A model generated the notes under the pieces. The model searched no databases. It had not been told where the DNA came from and was given only the letters and a program-made list of their open reading frames with translations. DNA of 64,000 nt from Selaginella moellendorffii (Eukaryota > Plantae > Lycopodiophyta), in NCBI RefSeq assembly GCF_000143415.4, contig NW_003314300.1, positions 1,533,014 to 1,597,013 on the forward strand. The letters are read 5' to 3'. Position 1 is the first letter of the stretch. Each line of letters begins with the position of its first letter. Shown piece by piece: positions 59,124-64,000 of this stretch. The translations under genes and the position numbers were made by a program.

Positions 59124-62100
59124 TTTGGTATCAGAATATACATTTTAGTGAGTATTATCTAATGAGATTGGGCAACTAATCTTGTTGCATACATAGAGAT
59201 GAAAATGTTTGGGTGTTATGATTTCACATTCATTCCTCAAGTATTGATTTTGGTTACCTTTTTGTACTAGATTATATGAGCTTTCACTTGGGCTCATAGG
59301 ATGGATGTTAGATGTTCCATTTACATGAATTTGCACTTGAGCTTGTGAGAGACATTAACAACTTAAGTTTACATTTTGAGTTGGCAAGATTAATGTTAGC
59401 CTATCAATAGTTACTATAAATTATTCCATGTTACCATGCATAAAAGTAAACCTCTTGGTTTGCTATGAATGGTAAATAAGGTAATCCGTAGCTGTTTAGC
59501 ATAGCACTAGTGGATCCTTCATATGCATGATTATGAGTGGATTAATTGAGACTATATTGATTAGTCTTTTAGTTTAAGTAGTCATTCCTATGCTCTTTTA
59601 TAAACTTTTCTTGGATTTGATTAAAGGTAGTGCAAATGCAAGTTGAGGTTTAGTCAAAGTAAAGTCTTAAAAAAAAGTCATTAGGGATGAAGGATTAAAT
59701 ATGTAAATCATCTTCTTTTTTTTGGAGATATGATTTGCAACAAGGTGTGATTTCATTGTTTGTATTCACATCACGCAATTAAAAGTATTTATTTCAATAC
59801 ATGTTAATTATGATAGTCTTGCAAGTGGTGAGTCGTGAGATGGATAGAAGTGAAGAAATAAAACTTTTTGTCTAGGTTTGCTATTGAAAAATTTAGGTTA
59901 CAATGCTCAATTTATTTCTAAGGGAATTTGCTATTACTCATTGAGTAACTTGGTGTCAGATTAGTTTATAGTTTTGTTAAAAAAAGAGTGGCATGAGCTT
60001 GTCTATATTGTCAATGAGATTAATGATGTTAGGTGTTGTAAATTTTTATTAGTAGAGTGTGGCATTTATGTTGCATTTTATCAAATAGTGTTGGCACTTG
60101 ATACTCATATAAACCTTTGTAGTAATGACATAGTGTTGCTTGTAATGTTGCTCAATAGATGATCAAATTATTATGATTATTATATAATATTCATATGATT
60201 GTGAATAATGTGTTTACAAAGTTGTTTGATCAAACAATGATCAATTCCAAAGTGGTTGATGGTGAAGCTAGTCTATTTACACATAATAACATTGTAGTAA
60301 CGTTGATTGAGTTTTTGATAGTGATCCATTATGTTAAGCTTATCTTGGTACCTTGTTTCTTTAAGAGTTGCCCATTGAGTTTTGAAAAGGATGTAACATT
60401 TATTTGTTATAGTTTGTTGATGGATTCGTTAGCACTTAAAGTAGGTTATTGAATGGAGAAAATATGTAGTTGAGGCATTGACATTGCTAATATTCATATT
60501 AGTAGAATTAAAATTGTTATATTAAATGATGAGAAGTTTTCTTTAAAACTTGATTTTTTATATCATTTTTTTTGTTAATGTTTTGGCTTCACATTGGATC
60601 TTAAAGGTAATTAAAGAAGAGTGTTAATACCATATGGATATCCAGATATGTGATCTTCATGATCAAGTTTTGGGTATTTATTAACACTTGTGGATTTTGT
60701 TTTCAAATGTTAGTATGATATTTGATGCTTAAACATTTTGTTGGATTATGAAAATTTGTATTAAGGTGAACCTATGTGAAGTTGTAAGTAAAAGAAAGTT
60801 GGTTGAGTCTTAAAAATTTTTATATCCATTTTCATAAATTATTGCAAACTAGTGAAGGGGTTGGAGTTGACTTCAATTAGCTTATGCTTTAGTAGATAGT
60901 TTGTATGATGTGGCCCAAAAAAGATATTGACTTTTAGAGGTAAGGCAATTGAGTTAGATAAAGTATAGAGTTGGCCATTACGCTTTTCTCAAAAGGTGAC
61001 CCTTGTACTTTTTTCTATAACATCATATTTGGTGGTAAGTTGCACTTTACATTTTATTAAACTCTATAGAAGTAATGAGCTTTCATTAATTTTAACTTAG
61101 TCTTAATATATGCCTTAGCTGAGGATAGTGATGTTGAACTTAGTTGGTTGTGGTTAAAATATTAGTACCTTATACCCTTGTCTATTAGGGGGTTGTGTAT
61201 CATATAAATCCTTCTCATAGTTTTCACTTTAGTTTCAATTGAATACTAATTATATATAACTAGCCTCTTTGATTATGCTCAAAGGTATTAGCTATATGTG
61301 TTAGTGAGTTTATTGCGATTAAATTGAACTTAAGTAGTCATTTTATCCCTACTTGTTCAATGATATTTTCTATCATGCTTTAGAGTGTTACCTTTCTGTT
61401 TAACAAGTATATAACTTGATGACATAACTTTGATGTTTAGGTTTTATGAAGACAAGTTGAAAATTGATTATTGGTTTCTTTTTGACTAGTGATTACTTAT
61501 AAACTTTGTTGAGGACTATTAACACTTGCTTCATTCAATGATGATTTTGTAGTGATGTGTTTACTTTACCAGATGCTGTTGTGAAGGATTGTATCTTTAA
61601 AATTGCATAGTTTTTTATATTAGCATGTTGATTCCACCTTTCTTGATATTATTTAGTTACATTTAGTCTATGGTGTTGGATTGATTTGAATATTGGATAT
61701 GATGATTCACTCCTTGATGATATGGCAAGTTAAATTAATTATGTTATAAATGAGATAGTTTAGTAAAGGTTGAGCTTGGTTTTTCCTTGAAGATTGATTT
61801 AATTATGGAATATACTAGATTTACAAAATGAAGAGTTAATGATCAATTGATGTTATTTGATCCTTGTTGAATTCGAATTGAAGTTTTATCAATTATTGAT
61901 AATTTTTCTTATGTTTGTTATAAAATGAGTTACGTTTATATAAAGAAGATGGATTTATACAAGATCATTTGGTGATTACTTATTGAGTATAACTTTATCA
62001 TGCTTGGGTTTTAGATTGATGCAAACATGTTTTTCAATAGCTTTTATATTGATATGTTGAGAAGGATATTATAGATTATAACATGATTTTTATTTTGGCA

Positions 62101-63486
62101 TTCATTGAAGTTGGTTTATATAAGACTTGTGATCCTAGTTATACAAGACTTTCTTATACACTTCTTTGAACTTTTAGTCCTTTAAGTTGAGAATTATATT
62201 TATTGTTCTATTTGTTTACAATTGTCAAGGAAGGCATTTTGGCTCATTAGTTTTAATATTCAAGTTAGTTCTCACATTTAACAATCATTGGTGTGATTGA
62301 CTATCATCTAAAATAGTTGATTGTCCTTATTAGATGTCTTGCTTGATTATTATTGATGTTGAATGATTTGCCGTTCTTCAAGATGATGGATTGATATTTA
62401 ATGATGACTATGGATCTTTATTGAAGGAATCATCAATAATATTTCATGATAGTTAGTTCTTATTTAAAGGATTTTGGCTTTTTGTATTATCATATATTCT
62501 TTATGGTTTTTTTTAAATTGTTAATGCTTACTTTAGCAACTTTTATTTCTTAGTATTATTGATTGAGATTTATTCAAATTAACTAGAGCGACAATTGACA
62601 TGAACAAGTGTTTATTGGCCCTTGCAATATTCATTCTATTTTATGGATTATTGATAAGGTTGGTTCTGATAAATTGGGGTGTTATTTCTTTTAGATAATA
62701 TATTTATGAGTATTCTTATTATTTAGTTGATAATACTTTGTGTTCTTTGAGCTATTTTTCATAAATTCTTTGGCATACTAAGTTTTATTTTCTTGATGAT
62801 ATATTTGTTATTGAATATTTTTAGATGATTAATCCTATGACTTTAAACTATAGTGATATTGATGGTTCCTATATTGTATTGATTTATTAGATGATGACTT
62901 AATTAGAATACTTTTGTGTTCTAATATAAACTAATAATTTGGTCTCTAAGATATCATTGTCGATAATTTTGATATTGTCCATCTATTGATCTTTAAGTTT
63001 AGACCAGTATACGCAGATTAGCTTTGGCATTTTATGTGCATAGTGAAATCTATATTTATGGGGTATTTACTATCAATTGGTAATGTGACCTGTCTCTTTC
63101 TCAAAATTCCTCATTTTGTTAAAAAGATATGATTTTATAAACAACTTTAACTATTTGTTTATAGTAGTCCCAATGAGTTTAGTTTATTTACTCAGGATAA
63201 TTAAGGCTTTTAGCTTCTCTTTTTATATTACCTATAGGTAAAGGAATATTGTCTTTTGTAAGTTGTGTGATAGGGTGGTTAAATCCATTAATCATTTCCT
63301 TATCAGTGATGGCCGAAAAATGTTGAGTTGTAGAGTATTTATATTAGACAGAAAGGTTGCCTATAATTCATTCATTTCTCACAAAGTTTAAACACCATAA
63401 TTTTTTTTTAGAATTATTTCCTTAGCAGTGGTCTAAATTAGAGTATGAATCAACAAGGATGTTAATCTTTCCTAAGGAGGGGAGAG
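59124..63486 (+). mobile_element. Highly eroded internal region of an LTR retrotransposon ending in a PPT (63474-63486)
   Basis: Bounded by PBS and PPT plus LTR; 63350-63486 resembles 58330-58474; no intact ORFs. Confidence 0.65.
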
Positions 63487-63722
63487 TGTTGTAAATGTGA
63501 TTGCAAGTATTAAAAGTTACATGTGAGTGAGTCTTTTCAAATATTTTTTCCTTACTACAATAATGGCAAGAGATTAGTATTGTTAATTCCCTTTTCAGTC
63601 TTTCTTATTCAAGTGTTAATAAGCATTTATACTTGGCTAGGCAAATATAAGGAATTCCTAAGTGTTTATTTAGCTAAGTATATTTGGCTTGGTTTATTAG
63701 TACTCTTTTATTCTATCTTGCA
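63487..63722 (+). mobile_element. 3' LTR (family A), partial
   Basis: Begins TGTTGT after the PPT and matches 58475-58735. Confidence 0.7.
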
Positions 63723-64000
63723 CTACCTTGACAAGAACCCTCATAATATTAATTTTAGTCCCTCAATACTCATTAAGTGATAGCTTACTATGTTAACCAA
63801 GACACACTTGCTATCATGCCCAATGTGTTAGTTCTATTTGGTCCTATTAGCTATTTATAAAAAGTGTCTATATCTATTAGTAAGGCATATATATGGAATG
63901 TAAAAATTGTTCTAAACACGATGGTGTTGCTCTCATGTTTAAATTCATAATATAACACCATTTTATATTTAATAAGTTTTCATAATTGTCTCAAAGACTA

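Overview
Eukaryotic plant nuclear DNA, most likely the lycophyte Selaginella. This is inferred from the ~50-60 nt GT-AG introns, tiny intergenic gaps and a single-exon PLS-class PPR gene. Bases 1-30.8 kb are gene-dense: URB2, an unusually extended tetraspanin, an abhydrolase lipase, rpl33 (missed by the ORF track), an MA3/PDCD4-like gene, a quinone oxidoreductase, a PPR gene, three METTL24-like methyltransferase paralogs with a stand-alone I29 protease-inhibitor gene between two of them, L-galactose dehydrogenase, HROB, a broken DPE1, and a Crinkler-like P-loop NTPase. From ~30.9 kb the window is AT-rich, eroded repeat DNA with Ty3/gypsy LTR, PBS, PPT, gag, protease and RT relics. Embedded in it is the main finding: a ~12.0 kb Mutator-like DNA transposon (44935-56940) with GAGCTC-rich TIRs and a 9-bp target-site duplication with one mismatch. 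It carries (i) a GCM/WRKY-like Zn domain + MULE DDE + SWIM transposase, (ii) a divergently transcribed 9-exon gene fusing a ParB/Srx-type domain to a complete beta-class N4C/N6A DNA amino-methyltransferase fold, and (iii) two paralogous small Cys/His Zn-finger-like ORFs. This copy is inactivated only by C>T-type nonsense codons. All calls come from reading the sequence by eye; no database searches were run.
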